This document shows positions 21,123 through 31,172 of a stretch of 64,000 nucleotides of DNA, piece by piece. The DNA is taken from the NCBI GenBank assembly GCA_965262715.1, contig OZ253553.1, positions 960,001 through 1,024,000 on the forward strand, given 5' to 3'. Position 1 is the stretch's first letter. Each line of letters begins with the position of its first letter. The position numbers and the translations under genes were made by a program. Origin of the DNA: Bdellovibrionales bacterium. Its GTDB lineage: Bacteria; Bdellovibrionota; Bdellovibrionia; Bdellovibrionales; JAUICD01. The notes under the pieces are model-generated. The model was not told where the DNA came from. It saw nothing but the letters and a program-made list of their open reading frames with translations, and did not search any database.

Positions 21123-22016
21123 CTAAGTTACAGATGTGAGTTTAAGTACGTGATCTTTTACATCAATCACTAAGACTGTCATATCTCTTTGAACACTATT
21201 TTTTTGAGCTTGATACATGATTTCGTTTCTAAGATCATGAGAATCTTTCTTTCTCATTCTCATAAGTAAACTTTCGATAGAATGCCCTTGGTTTTTTATG
21301 GCAGTCGTTAAACCTGGAGTTAAAATCACAAGGCGGTCTTTAGCATTGAGGGAAACCTTAGCTTCTTTAATTCCTTGTTGATTTGCAGGGCCTAATGGAG
21401 GTGATGTGGGTATAAGAGCTTTTGGGGCTTCATTTTTGTTGTCATAAGGTTGAAACCAAATCTTGATTTCTCCGGCATTACAATAGGTCATCTCTAAATT
21501 TCGACGATTGACAATAAGTAGAAAAACATCAGATGCTTGTCCACTTTGTGCTACATCTGACAATTTTTTATTAAGAGATTGAATAATTTTTAAAGGAGAA
21601 GAGCCTCTTTTAGCTTCAATTTGGGAAGACATCTGAATGAGTACAGATAAAAACAAAGCTGCCATAGCATGCCCACAAGAGGATGCTGCAATCACAGCAA
21701 ACCGATATTTATCTTTGAGTTTGAAGATATCAAAGTAATCTCCTCCCTGAAGAGACCCAGCAACATATTTTGTGGAAAAGTCAAATCCAGGAATTTGCAA
21801 AACCTCTGTAGGAATAAGGTATTTTTGCATTTGAGTGGCCATAGAAAGTTGAGATTCAATATTTTTAATTAACACTTTTAATTGTGTATTTAAGCGTTGC
21901 ACTTCATTTTTATATGATTGTAAATCTGTTTGTTTCTGATCTAAGTCTTGTTGAAGTTTTTGAATCTTATATTGCAGTTGAGATATGATATTATCAGATG
22001 GTGTTTTTAAAGACAT
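21123..22016 (-). CDS. PP2C/SpoIIE (RsbU-like) phosphatase-domain protein with N-terminal coiled coil
   Basis: QMQKYLIP, GGDYFDIF, YCNAG; several metal-binding Asp positions look replaced. Confidence 0.82.
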   Translation of the reverse strand: MSLKTPSDNIISQLQYKIQKLQQDLDQKQTDLQSYKNEVQRLNTQLKVLIKNIESQLSMATQMQKYLIPTEVLQIPGFDFSTKYVAGSLQGGDYFDIFKLKDKYRFAVIAASSCGHAMAALFLSVLIQMSSQIEAKRGSSPLKIIQSLNKKLSDVAQSGQASDVFLLIVNRRNLEMTYCNAGEIKIWFQPYDNKNEAPKALIPTSPPLGPANQQGIKEAKVSLNAKDRLVILTPGLTTAIKNQGHSIESLLMRMRKKDSHDLRNEIMYQAQKNSVQRDMTVLVIDVKDHVLKLTSVT

Positions 22017-22161
22017 AAGAATATTCTAAAAGCTCTTATATGAAACCGTCAAGAAATCCATTATTTCTGATAGAGTCAGGTTTAACAAAGTAGGGGTATT
22101 TTTTTTAATCAAAAAGTGATAAAATGCTCTTAAGCTTACTTTTGCTTTTGGAGATTCACTC

Positions 22162-23433
22162 ATGAATGCTCATTCTACACTTACAATTGAGGAAAAAGTC
22201 AGTTTTATCAATAAAGATGAGAAAACTTATGGAAGTTTTGCTGAGATTGGAGCAGGGCAGGAAGTAGCAAGATGCTTTTTTCAAGCTGGACTTTCCTCTA
22301 ATACAGTAGCTAAGACTATTTCAGCCTATGATATGACATTCAGCGATGCTATTTATGGCAGGGAAAAATCAGGACGTTATGTCTGTGAAGATCGTTTGAT
22401 CAAAATGCTAAATCATGAATACAAATTGATAGAAGAACGTTTAGGGCAAAAAAGGGGTCACAACACCCAGTTCTTTGCTTTTGCAAATACAGTAGCTGCA
22501 AAAAGCTATAGTGTGGCTAATGGACATGGTTGGCTAGGACTTCGATTTCAAAGACAATTTTTAGAACCTCCAAGCGATATCATTATTCATGTGAATCTAT
22601 TAGATCCAAGAAATCTTTGGCAAAAAGAAGCTATAGGCATTGTGAGTGTTAATCTGATCTACGCAGCTTTATACCTTAGGAGTGATCCAAGTCAGTTATT
22701 AAAATCTTTATTTGATAATCTTAGACAAGACCGTATTGAAATTGATATGGTGAGATGTTGCGGGCCTGCCTTTTCATTTGTAGATCACAGGTTAATGAAT
22801 CTACATCTTGTGGAATTCCTGTTAGGGCGATGGGCAGTTTTTGGTCCTCATAAAAAAGTTCATCAACCTTCTGAGATTTTTTATGGAAAAAATGTACTGA
22901 TTCACAAAAAAGAACCTCATGTTAAATATACTGCATCTGTCACAAAGCAATTTCTTAATGATTATGATGTCAAATCAACAGATATAATGAACCTTGTAGA
23001 GATCAATTTAGAAGATTTTTCAAAAAATACAAATCTCGATAATTTTTTATCCCGTATAGATAAACTCAATGCTCAAGGTTACTATGTTTTGTTTAATAAT
23101 TATCCAAATATCGCTCATCTTAGCCAAAGATTAAAAACACAAAACATTAAGTCATCTGCATTTGTTTTAAAAATGCAAGACTTAGAAAACTTATTTAAAA
23201 ATCATGATCAATATCAAAAATTTAGTGGAGGTGTCTTAGAAGCTATGGGACAGTTATTTAGTGGAAACACCTCATTATATGTCTACCCTTATCAAGAAGA
23301 GGAGAAAAAGAAAGAACAACTTTCATCAATTAGATCTTTTATTCCTAAAGCACCATATCATAATATTTATGATTGTCTTGTTAAAGAAAACAAAATCAAA
23401 GATATTCAAATAAACTCTGATATTTTTTCTTAG
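22162..23433 (+). CDS. Conserved protein of the YGxFAEIGAGQEV family (function uncertain)
   Basis: YGSFAEIGAGQEVARCFFQAG, ISAYDMTFSDAIYG, FFAFANTVAA, GHGWLGLRFQ, RIEIDM, LYVYP. Confidence 0.75.
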   Translation: MNAHSTLTIEEKVSFINKDEKTYGSFAEIGAGQEVARCFFQAGLSSNTVAKTISAYDMTFSDAIYGREKSGRYVCEDRLIKMLNHEYKLIEERLGQKRGHNTQFFAFANTVAAKSYSVANGHGWLGLRFQRQFLEPPSDIIIHVNLLDPRNLWQKEAIGIVSVNLIYAALYLRSDPSQLLKSLFDNLRQDRIEIDMVRCCGPAFSFVDHRLMNLHLVEFLLGRWAVFGPHKKVHQPSEIFYGKNVLIHKKEPHVKYTASVTKQFLNDYDVKSTDIMNLVEINLEDFSKNTNLDNFLSRIDKLNAQGYYVLFNNYPNIAHLSQRLKTQNIKSSAFVLKMQDLENLFKNHDQYQKFSGGVLEAMGQLFSGNTSLYVYPYQEEEKKKEQLSSIRSFIPKAPYHNIYDCLVKENKIKDIQINSDIFS

Positions 23434-23483
23434 AAGCCATCTCAAAAATAAAATTTTATATCACCCGTTGAGAAATAAAAATA

Positions 23484-23794
23484 TTTTCCTTAACATTATG
23501 TTAAGAACAAGCAGTATCTCCCTCCTAAAAATAAACGGATTTTTGAGGCAGCCAGCATTTTACTGAAGGGGATACATCCTGCAAGCTTAAGTCTTCATGC
23601 TAACTGTAATAGATAATAACCATTTCCCTAACATAGTGTTAAAAAATGAGAATATCCTACCTACTAAAATGCATCAATTTTCTAGGTGATGACCATACTG
23701 ACAGCGTAAGCATGTCAAGGTCATCACCAGAAAGTGGCCAGAGGCTCGCCTCTGGAGGCTCGCCTCGAGAGGCCAGATGCATTTTAGTGAAATG
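23484..23794 (-). repeat. Structured repeat family A: one partial (23484-23587) and one full copy (23621-23794)
   Basis: Stems aaaatgcatc/gatgcatttt, tggcc/ggcca, ggtgatgacc/ggtcatcacc; two gaggcgagcctc mini-hairpins in the second loop. Confidence 0.8.
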
Positions 23795-23981
23795 GATTAG
23801 GGAAATGAAATAGGTGCAAAAATTTAAAACAGATCCCTGTTACCTGATACTGATGCCAGAGTGCCGGTTTGCCAGATCCCGGAAGAAAAGAATGCTTAAC
23901 TAGTTATGAACCTAGTTTTTTTCTATCTATTTACTTATAAAAATGTTACCTATATAGCTTAAAAATATAAAGGAGCTATAT

Positions 23982-25460
23982 ATGCCAACAATCTCCTATC
24001 AGATCACAGATATAGCTGCATTGATTCCATTAACAGTTGTTTTTTTCAGTATGCTAATTTTTAGAAAACCTGCTGTGTTCAGCAATATATTAGGAATTTG
24101 TACTGCATTCTTAATAAGTATTTATATAGGTTTTCAATGGCAACCTTTTCATATTTTGAATATTATTTTTGCTAGTGTGCTTCTCACATTAACTGTTGCC
24201 TTGGTCATTATACCTGGCTTTAGTTTCAACTCTCTTTTTCGAAGCCATGGGTTCGCTCATGGTCTTACAAAATGGATTGAAGAACTTCCAATTAATCGAG
24301 AAGCTAAAACTTTGCTTATTTTACTTGGACTTGCTCCAGCTATAGAATCTCTTACAGGCTTTGGTGTTTCCTTATTTTTAACTATTTCTATTCTCTATCC
24401 TCTTTACTCATTAAAAAAAACTGCTCAACTTGGAAGCTTATCAATGAATATTATGCCATGGGGCACTTTAGCAATGGCAACAGTGATTGGTGGAATGTTA
24501 ATTAATCATGATCCTCAAGAGCTTGGTTTTCTCACAAGCTTAACTAGTTCATTGATTTACCCATATATTGGCATTATATCAGCCTTAGTGATTTCTGATA
24601 AAAATCAAACTAAGAACATAATTTTAGGTTTTTTTATTGGAAGCCTACTTTCATTAACTCTCATTATTAGTAATTGGCTTCTAAGCACTGAAGTGGCTGG
24701 AGTCATCTCTGGATTTATTGTATGTATTGCCGGGGTTTATTTTTTAAAAAATAGACCTATTGAGTTTAAGCAAGGACTTATTTTACTCTTACCTTATTTA
24801 GCTCTGCTAGGACTTGTACTTTTTCAGCGTATGATTCCTGGATTTTATGAAAAATTATCTCAAGCATGGATATTAACAGCAAGTGGAGTCACTGTATCTC
24901 CATTTACTAGTCCAGGGCTTCTATTAGCACTTGTGACATTTGCATTATTTATTTACAAGCCTTCTCATTCTATAAATATAAAAGAAGTACTTAAAAAATC
25001 AAAAAAACCTCTTTTAGGAATGGGGCTCTTTTTTGTTTTGTCTCAAGTCCTTGTTCAAACAGGAATGCTTAAAGCACTCGTCAGTCAAATTGGACGTATT
25101 TTCTCTGACACTCAAATAGTACTTATATCGCCAATACTTGGAGCACTCTCTGGCCTTGCTACTGGTTCTAATGTAGGTGGAAACGCTTTATTAATTAGAG
25201 CACAATATGAAATGGGAATAGAAAGCAGTGGAAATGAACAATTAGCTATTTTACTTACAGCTTTGCAAAACAGCGGGGCTGGTCATGCTGTGTTTTCATC
25301 TATACCAATGATTATTTTACTTTTAGGAATTCTTCACGATGAAAGTGATGGAAAAGCACCAACAGAGAACGAAGTATTACGATTCACTCTTTGTACAACT
25401 TTTGGTATTTTAATTTTGCTATCTATATCAGGTTATATCTTAATGCGCATAATGATTTAA
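23982..25460 (+). CDS. L-lactate permease family transporter
   Basis: Many TM helices; IESLTGFG, PWGTLA, LATGSNVGGNAL motifs. Confidence 0.8.
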   Translation: MPTISYQITDIAALIPLTVVFFSMLIFRKPAVFSNILGICTAFLISIYIGFQWQPFHILNIIFASVLLTLTVALVIIPGFSFNSLFRSHGFAHGLTKWIEELPINREAKTLLILLGLAPAIESLTGFGVSLFLTISILYPLYSLKKTAQLGSLSMNIMPWGTLAMATVIGGMLINHDPQELGFLTSLTSSLIYPYIGIISALVISDKNQTKNIILGFFIGSLLSLTLIISNWLLSTEVAGVISGFIVCIAGVYFLKNRPIEFKQGLILLLPYLALLGLVLFQRMIPGFYEKLSQAWILTASGVTVSPFTSPGLLLALVTFALFIYKPSHSINIKEVLKKSKKPLLGMGLFFVLSQVLVQTGMLKALVSQIGRIFSDTQIVLISPILGALSGLATGSNVGGNALLIRAQYEMGIESSGNEQLAILLTALQNSGAGHAVFSSIPMIILLLGILHDESDGKAPTENEVLRFTLCTTFGILILLSISGYILMRIMI

Positions 25461-25571
25461 AAATGAATGATGCTTATCTCAAAATTTCTGAAATGGTTTT
25501 AATATTTTTTTAATTACTTTAGTAGACACATTCAATTTGACATAAAGTACTTCTAGTAGTATTATTGTTAA

Positions 25572-25769
25572 ATGGGTAAAAAGAAAAGAGGAGGTTATAT
25601 TTTTATCTACTATATTGGAGATCATTACCCTAAGCATGTACATGTCTATAATAAAAAAGGACTAGTCTGTAAGTGGGATATTGAAAGTTGGAGACCAATG
25701 AAAAAAGAGTAACTTATATCTTCCAGTCTTAAGAGATACTTAAAAGAATTATTTGGAGAAGGTAAATGA
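25572..25769 (+). pseudogene. DUF4160-like toxin with a premature stop
   Basis: MGKKKRGGYIFIYYIGDHYPKHVHVY...WRPMKKE*LISSSLKRYLKELFGEGK*; in-frame TAA at 25710; final TGA overlaps the next ATG. Confidence 0.7.
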
Positions 25770-26233
25770 AAACACCTAAAGTAAAATTTGCTAAGGCTAA
25801 TAACAGAAAAAAAGCTATTGTTATTAAAACATCTAAGATAGAAATGTTCTTGCCTTATTCAAAATTAGTATCTAAACCAAATGCAAATAATAAAATTGTA
25901 AAAGTATTTCCTGATAAAGAAATGAACAATGAAGGGATTATATATTACTTAAAGGATGGAACAAAAGACTCTATCCATATAGATATCTTTTTACATTTTA
26001 ATAAAAACCCTGAATATATGAAAGAAATCACTCTTTATGAATTAACAGTTCAACTTCAGAAGCAAAAGGAAAAACTAAAAACTTCTATTTCAAAGCTAGC
26101 TTATCGGTTAAATACATCCAAAAAACAAATCAAATTGCTCTTAGATCAAACCAACTATAAAAAAACAGTGGATTCTATGTTGGATTTAGCATATGCGCTA
26201 GGTGTCGAACCTGAGATTAACTGCGCAGCTTAA
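25766..26233 (+). CDS. Probable antitoxin with C-terminal HTH
   Basis: SISKLAYRLNTSKKQIKLLLDQTNYKKTVDSMLDLAYALG; translationally coupled to the upstream gene. Confidence 0.7.
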   Translation: MKTPKVKFAKANNRKKAIVIKTSKIEMFLPYSKLVSKPNANNKIVKVFPDKEMNNEGIIYYLKDGTKDSIHIDIFLHFNKNPEYMKEITLYELTVQLQKQKEKLKTSISKLAYRLNTSKKQIKLLLDQTNYKKTVDSMLDLAYALGVEPEINCAA

Positions 26234-26283
26234 TTTTAAAAGGATCATATAAGTTTTTATTTTGTATGAATTCAAAAATACAA

Positions 26284-27816
26284 TTATGTATTCAAAACAG
26301 CTTTAACGGCTTTTTGCAATTCTTTTTTATCTGAAAAAATAAGCTTTTGTTTTTGGTAGACTTGATATTGCTCATGCCCCTTCCCAGCAATTAATAAAAT
26401 ATCATTTTTCTGAGCTAAGCTCACTCCTTTTAAAATAGCTTCTCTTCTATTAACAATCATAAAAATTGGTTTTATCTTCTTAAGACCAAGTGCAATTTCA
26501 TCTAAAATAGATTTAGGATCTTCATCTCTAGGATTATCCGAAGTGATAATAACAATATCGCTGTATTTTTCAGCTATTTCAGCCATAATAGGACGCTTTG
26601 ACCTATCTCTAGATCCTCCACATCCAAAAATAGTAATGATGCGAGAATGGGGGTGAGATTTTAACTGATACAAGCTTTTAAGTGTTTGCTTAAGAGCATC
26701 ACTTGTATGTGCATAGTCAACAAATCCATAAAAAGGTTTTTTTATGACTAGTTCTATGCGACCAGGTACCTTTTTGACATGACTGCTTGCTTTAATAATA
26801 TCTTCAATAGAATAACCCATTCCATTTAAAAGAGCGACACACCCTGCAAAATTCATAATATTATGCTCTCCTATAAGATTTAGTGAACATTTATAAGACT
26901 TTTTTTTCAATATTAATTCTAACTGTAGGCCTTCTAAAGTTGAAGTGCTCTTTAAAACTTGTAGATCAGCTTTATCTTGAGAATATGTCATAGTATTTCC
27001 ATAAGACTCTTTTAAAATTTCTCGACCCCAAGGGTCATCTTTATTGATCACCATAACTTCATTTGGCTTCATTAAATAATCAGAAAAAAGACGTTTCTTA
27101 GCATCAAAGTAAGACTGCATGGAGATATGGTAATCTAAATGATCTTGTGTGAGGTTTGTCCATAAGGCTGCTGAAAATCTTAAGTCATGAACACGGTACT
27201 GAGAAAGTGATTGGCTAGAAACTTCCATCAGTAAAATCGTTATTTGCTCCTCACACATTTGAAAAATTCTTTGATGAAGTATGATAGGGTTTGGAGTGGT
27301 AAGATTTGATGGCCATGTCTGCCTATCAACATGATGATCTATAGTACTTAAAACACCAACTTTTTCTCCTAAACTTTTAAGTAGAGCCTCTAAAATATAC
27401 ACACTTGTGGTTTTTCCATTTGTGCCTGTCACACCAATATATTTGATATTTTTTGCATGAGGATGAGCAAAAAACTGAGAAGCTATTTGACTTAAAGCAA
27501 TTTGGGTGTTCTTAACCCAAATCACAAAGCCATTAAATGTTTTAGATATACAAACTGTATTTAAGAATTGTGACTCTAATACAAGGATAGATGCTTTTTG
27601 AGAAGCTTGTTCTACAAAATCATGCCCATTAATAGTCTGACCTGATATAGCCACAAATAGACTATTAGTTTTAACTTCTCTAGAATCACAAGTAATATGA
27701 GAAATAAAGAGAGTTGCTTTTTTTTGAAAAGTCTCTAAATCTAAAGTTTCTTTTTTAAAAGTGATATGATCTATAGATACATTTTTTAAGATGTCTACTA
27801 GTTTTTTTTTTAACAT
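26284..27816 (-). CDS. murE: UDP-MurNAc-tripeptide synthetase
   Basis: GVTGTNGKTT, LTTP, MEVSS, TNLTQDHLDYH, DYAHT, GCGG, SDNPR (meso-DAP type), AGKGHE. Confidence 0.95.
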   Translation of the reverse strand: MLKKKLVDILKNVSIDHITFKKETLDLETFQKKATLFISHITCDSREVKTNSLFVAISGQTINGHDFVEQASQKASILVLESQFLNTVCISKTFNGFVIWVKNTQIALSQIASQFFAHPHAKNIKYIGVTGTNGKTTSVYILEALLKSLGEKVGVLSTIDHHVDRQTWPSNLTTPNPIILHQRIFQMCEEQITILLMEVSSQSLSQYRVHDLRFSAALWTNLTQDHLDYHISMQSYFDAKKRLFSDYLMKPNEVMVINKDDPWGREILKESYGNTMTYSQDKADLQVLKSTSTLEGLQLELILKKKSYKCSLNLIGEHNIMNFAGCVALLNGMGYSIEDIIKASSHVKKVPGRIELVIKKPFYGFVDYAHTSDALKQTLKSLYQLKSHPHSRIITIFGCGGSRDRSKRPIMAEIAEKYSDIVIITSDNPRDEDPKSILDEIALGLKKIKPIFMIVNRREAILKGVSLAQKNDILLIAGKGHEQYQVYQKQKLIFSDKKELQKAVKAVLNT

Positions 27817-28077
27817 AATGTAGTTCTTATATATTCCCAGACATAAACAAAGTCAATGAATCATTGTAAACATCACATGTTACTAGGTAATATTTACATG
27901 CTTTAATTAAAAGATTTAATTTTAATTGACAAAAATATTTTTATTAACTACACTTCTCATAATAATTAATCTCTTGTAAAACTGTTAAATAAAAAAGGTG
28001 CTTAGATTATATTAAAGAAATCAATATTAATATACTTATTTTCTATTTCCTCTCATGATGCTGATGCTGCTAACAAT

Positions 28078-28476
28078 ATGGCTGACGAAGATTCAAGTTG
28101 CCCAACAGCTATAATCATGGCTATCGTCAATAACGATAAATCAAGTCTACAAACTTACTTAAATTACCATGCAGATCCCAGTGCTGACTTAACTGGCTGT
28201 GAAGGTGATGAAGTTTATGATGGTTTCCCTAAGGGTTCTACCTTGCTTCATATAGCTGCTTATTCTGCACCAGTTACTTTAGAGTCCTTTGTTGCAAAAA
28301 ACAGCTCTTATCATTTACTTATAGATTATGGAGCAAATCCAAATGTTGCCAATGAAGATGGTTATACACCATCAGACGTAAGATCTTGTGTATATCGGTG
28401 GGGACGTACTCCTTGTAAGCTTTCAATAGAAAACCCTCATCATTACCTATACCGCTTCCGCATGCCTGTTATTTAA
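28078..28476 (+). CDS. Small ankyrin-repeat protein
   Basis: GSTLLHIAAY, LLIDYGANPNVANEDGYTP; the open frame extends upstream to 28006 as a signal-peptide-like stretch lacking ATG. Confidence 0.7.
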   Translation: MADEDSSCPTAIIMAIVNNDKSSLQTYLNYHADPSADLTGCEGDEVYDGFPKGSTLLHIAAYSAPVTLESFVAKNSSYHLLIDYGANPNVANEDGYTPSDVRSCVYRWGRTPCKLSIENPHHYLYRFRMPVI

Positions 28477-28789
28477 GACAATCGGGGCAAACTGGCGCAA
28501 ACCAGCAACAGCTCCCAAAAACTGTTTGCTGAATTGCCTGACTACCAGACCTCGTGGATAACGGTGACTTGCTATTTTAACTTTTATTCGCAATAGCAAA
28601 ATACAACCCTTTATTTTTGAGATGGCTTCTATATATGTTTGTATGCATGACATTATTTATGAATACTTTAGGGTAAATCATTATTTTCCATCAATGAATC
28701 TCTTGAATTCATAGAATTTCTATTGACTGATCTCTAGTTAAGATAAATAAAATAATATATAATTATGAATTACAATAAGGGACATCATA

Positions 28790-30856
28790 ATGCGATGGTC
28801 TAAAACTCATATTTACACACTTAAAGATATTTCTGCAAAAGCTGAAATTCCAAGTTATAGATTGATGATCAGAGCAGGATGTATTAAAAAGGTAGCCCCA
28901 GGTATCTACACCTACCAAAACTTAGCACTTAAAGCCCTTCAAAAAGTTCAAACTATCATAAGAGAAGAATTAGACAAAAGAGACTGTATAGAAATTCTAA
29001 TGCCTATGGTACACCCTAAATCCTTATGGGAAGAATCAGGACGCTGGGAAAGTATGGGAGATGCGCTTCTAAAATTTAAAAACAGAAATAACCATGAATT
29101 TTGCCTATCTCCTACACATGAAGAAGTGGTCACAGATCTTATAAGATATGATCTTAAAAGCTATAAAGACTTTCCAAAAAATCTCTATCAAATTCAAACT
29201 AAGTTTCGTGATGAAATCAGACCTCGCTTTGGCCTCCTAAGAGGACGAGAATTTATTATGAAAGATGCTTACAGCTTTGACCTAAATAGTGATACAGCAC
29301 TTGAAAGCTATAATAAAATGCATGAGGCTTACCGCGCTATCTTTGATCGACTTGATATAAACTATAAAATTGTTCAAGCTGACTCAGGAAGTATTGGTGG
29401 CAATCAATCAGAAGAGTTTCATGCTTTAGCAGAAAATGGAGAAGATGCGCTTATGGTCTGCAAATGTCCATCTGCTTATAATCTAGAGATAGCTCCTATA
29501 AAAAAACAAGATATTCAAAATACAACAACTAAGCTTCTACCTATAGAAAAATTTAAGACACCTAACATCAAAACTATTAAAGAGCTTTCAAAATTGACAG
29601 GAATCGATGAAGAGTATCTCATTAAAACAAGACTCTATAAAGGAAAAACAAAAGACAACCAATCATTTGCCTTCTGTGTTCTTGTCCCAGGGTCACATAA
29701 GGTTGATGAAGAAAAACTAAAAAAAGCACTTAAGCTTATTCATCTTGAAGACTTATCAGAAAAAGAAGTTTTTACTCTAACAGGGGCCTCTCCTGGAAGT
29801 TGTGGTCCTATAGGATTAAGATGTCCTATTTATATGGACAAACAGTTACAAGATAGATGTAATTATATAGTAGGAGCAAATAAAACCAACTATCATCTTA
29901 AAAATGTCAACCATTTAGAAAATAGAGACTTTAAAGTTACAGGTTTTATAGATGTGGCAGAAGATGTTCAACCTCTTTATTTTAAAATTCAAGGACATCG
30001 TTATCAGTTTGTTGAAGTTTATCTAAGAAAAAAACACGAAATAGCTCCCCTAAAGCTCAAAAAACACCTTAAACTAGAGGCCACACCAGAAGAAGTAAGT
30101 CTTAATGATCCAGAATTGGAAGAAGCATATCGTACTCTCTCATACTATCATTATAAAGATAATGACTTTACAAAAAGATACCATCCAACACATCCTGTGT
30201 TTATTGAGTCTGAAAATACAAGGAAAACACTTAAAGAAAAAATGCCAGATGTAGAAGAATATGGAGATATACGTTTAGCTAACGAAGGTGACCAATGTCC
30301 AAAGTGTTTAGAAAGGTATAAAAAACTACGCGGTATTGAGTTGGGGCATATTTTCTATCTGGGAAATAAATATTCAAAAGCTATGAAGGCAACATATCTA
30401 GACGATAAAGGCATAGAACATCCTATAGAGATGGGATGTTATGGCATAGGTGTTTCAAGAACCTTGCAGACTCTTATCGAACAAAACCATGATAAAGATG
30501 GTATTATATGGCCTCTTGTAACCACACCCTATCATGTGCATATTTGCCCTTTAGATATGGATGATTCAAGAGTTAAGGCCCTTATAAGGTATTTAGAAGA
30601 AAAGCTTGAAAACTCTGGAATAACAGTATTTATAGATGATAGAAACGAAAGACCAGGTGTTAAATTTAAAGATGCAGATCTTTTAGGGTTTCCTTTCCGC
30701 ATCACTATTGGAAAGAGAAATCTTATTGATACAGATGATATAGAAAATCAACAAATAGAACTTGTTGAAAGAAAAGATACATCCAATACTCAGAAATTAA
30801 AAGTAATAGAAGCTATTAATTATATTAATCAGAAAATCCTACCAAATTTAAAATAA
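28790..30856 (+). CDS. proS: Proline--tRNA ligase with an extra internal segment
   Basis: LSPTHEE, KFRDEIRPRFGLLRGREFIMKDAYSF, GIELGHIFYLG, MGCYGIG, PGVKFKDADLLG. Confidence 0.96.
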   Translation: MRWSKTHIYTLKDISAKAEIPSYRLMIRAGCIKKVAPGIYTYQNLALKALQKVQTIIREELDKRDCIEILMPMVHPKSLWEESGRWESMGDALLKFKNRNNHEFCLSPTHEEVVTDLIRYDLKSYKDFPKNLYQIQTKFRDEIRPRFGLLRGREFIMKDAYSFDLNSDTALESYNKMHEAYRAIFDRLDINYKIVQADSGSIGGNQSEEFHALAENGEDALMVCKCPSAYNLEIAPIKKQDIQNTTTKLLPIEKFKTPNIKTIKELSKLTGIDEEYLIKTRLYKGKTKDNQSFAFCVLVPGSHKVDEEKLKKALKLIHLEDLSEKEVFTLTGASPGSCGPIGLRCPIYMDKQLQDRCNYIVGANKTNYHLKNVNHLENRDFKVTGFIDVAEDVQPLYFKIQGHRYQFVEVYLRKKHEIAPLKLKKHLKLEATPEEVSLNDPELEEAYRTLSYYHYKDNDFTKRYHPTHPVFIESENTRKTLKEKMPDVEEYGDIRLANEGDQCPKCLERYKKLRGIELGHIFYLGNKYSKAMKATYLDDKGIEHPIEMGCYGIGVSRTLQTLIEQNHDKDGIIWPLVTTPYHVHICPLDMDDSRVKALIRYLEEKLENSGITVFIDDRNERPGVKFKDADLLGFPFRITIGKRNLIDTDDIENQQIELVERKDTSNTQKLKVIEAINYINQKILPNLK

Positions 30857-31172
30857 ACCATTTACCCTATTATCTTATCATAAAAAATCTTCTAAACTAT
30901 CTTTATATAACCAAAGAAATCTAAGGAGTATAACTTATTCTAAAACTTTTTAAATTGGTATTTATAAATTCGATAGTTTTAATTTTAACTTTAAACTCTT
31001 CTATTCTTTTAGGTTTTGGGATGAGTGATCAAGAATTAGATCAAGCTATTCGCAAATACTTATCAATTTACAATAACTACCAGATAGATGAAAACATAGA
31101 TGAAAATATTGTTAATAATTTTACCAGATTAATTAGAGATCATTCTAATATGTTTAACTACCTTGCAGAACT

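Noticed and set aside
22162..23433. TonB-dependent receptor label often given to this family
   Set aside because: No signal peptide or beta-barrel pattern, and too short.
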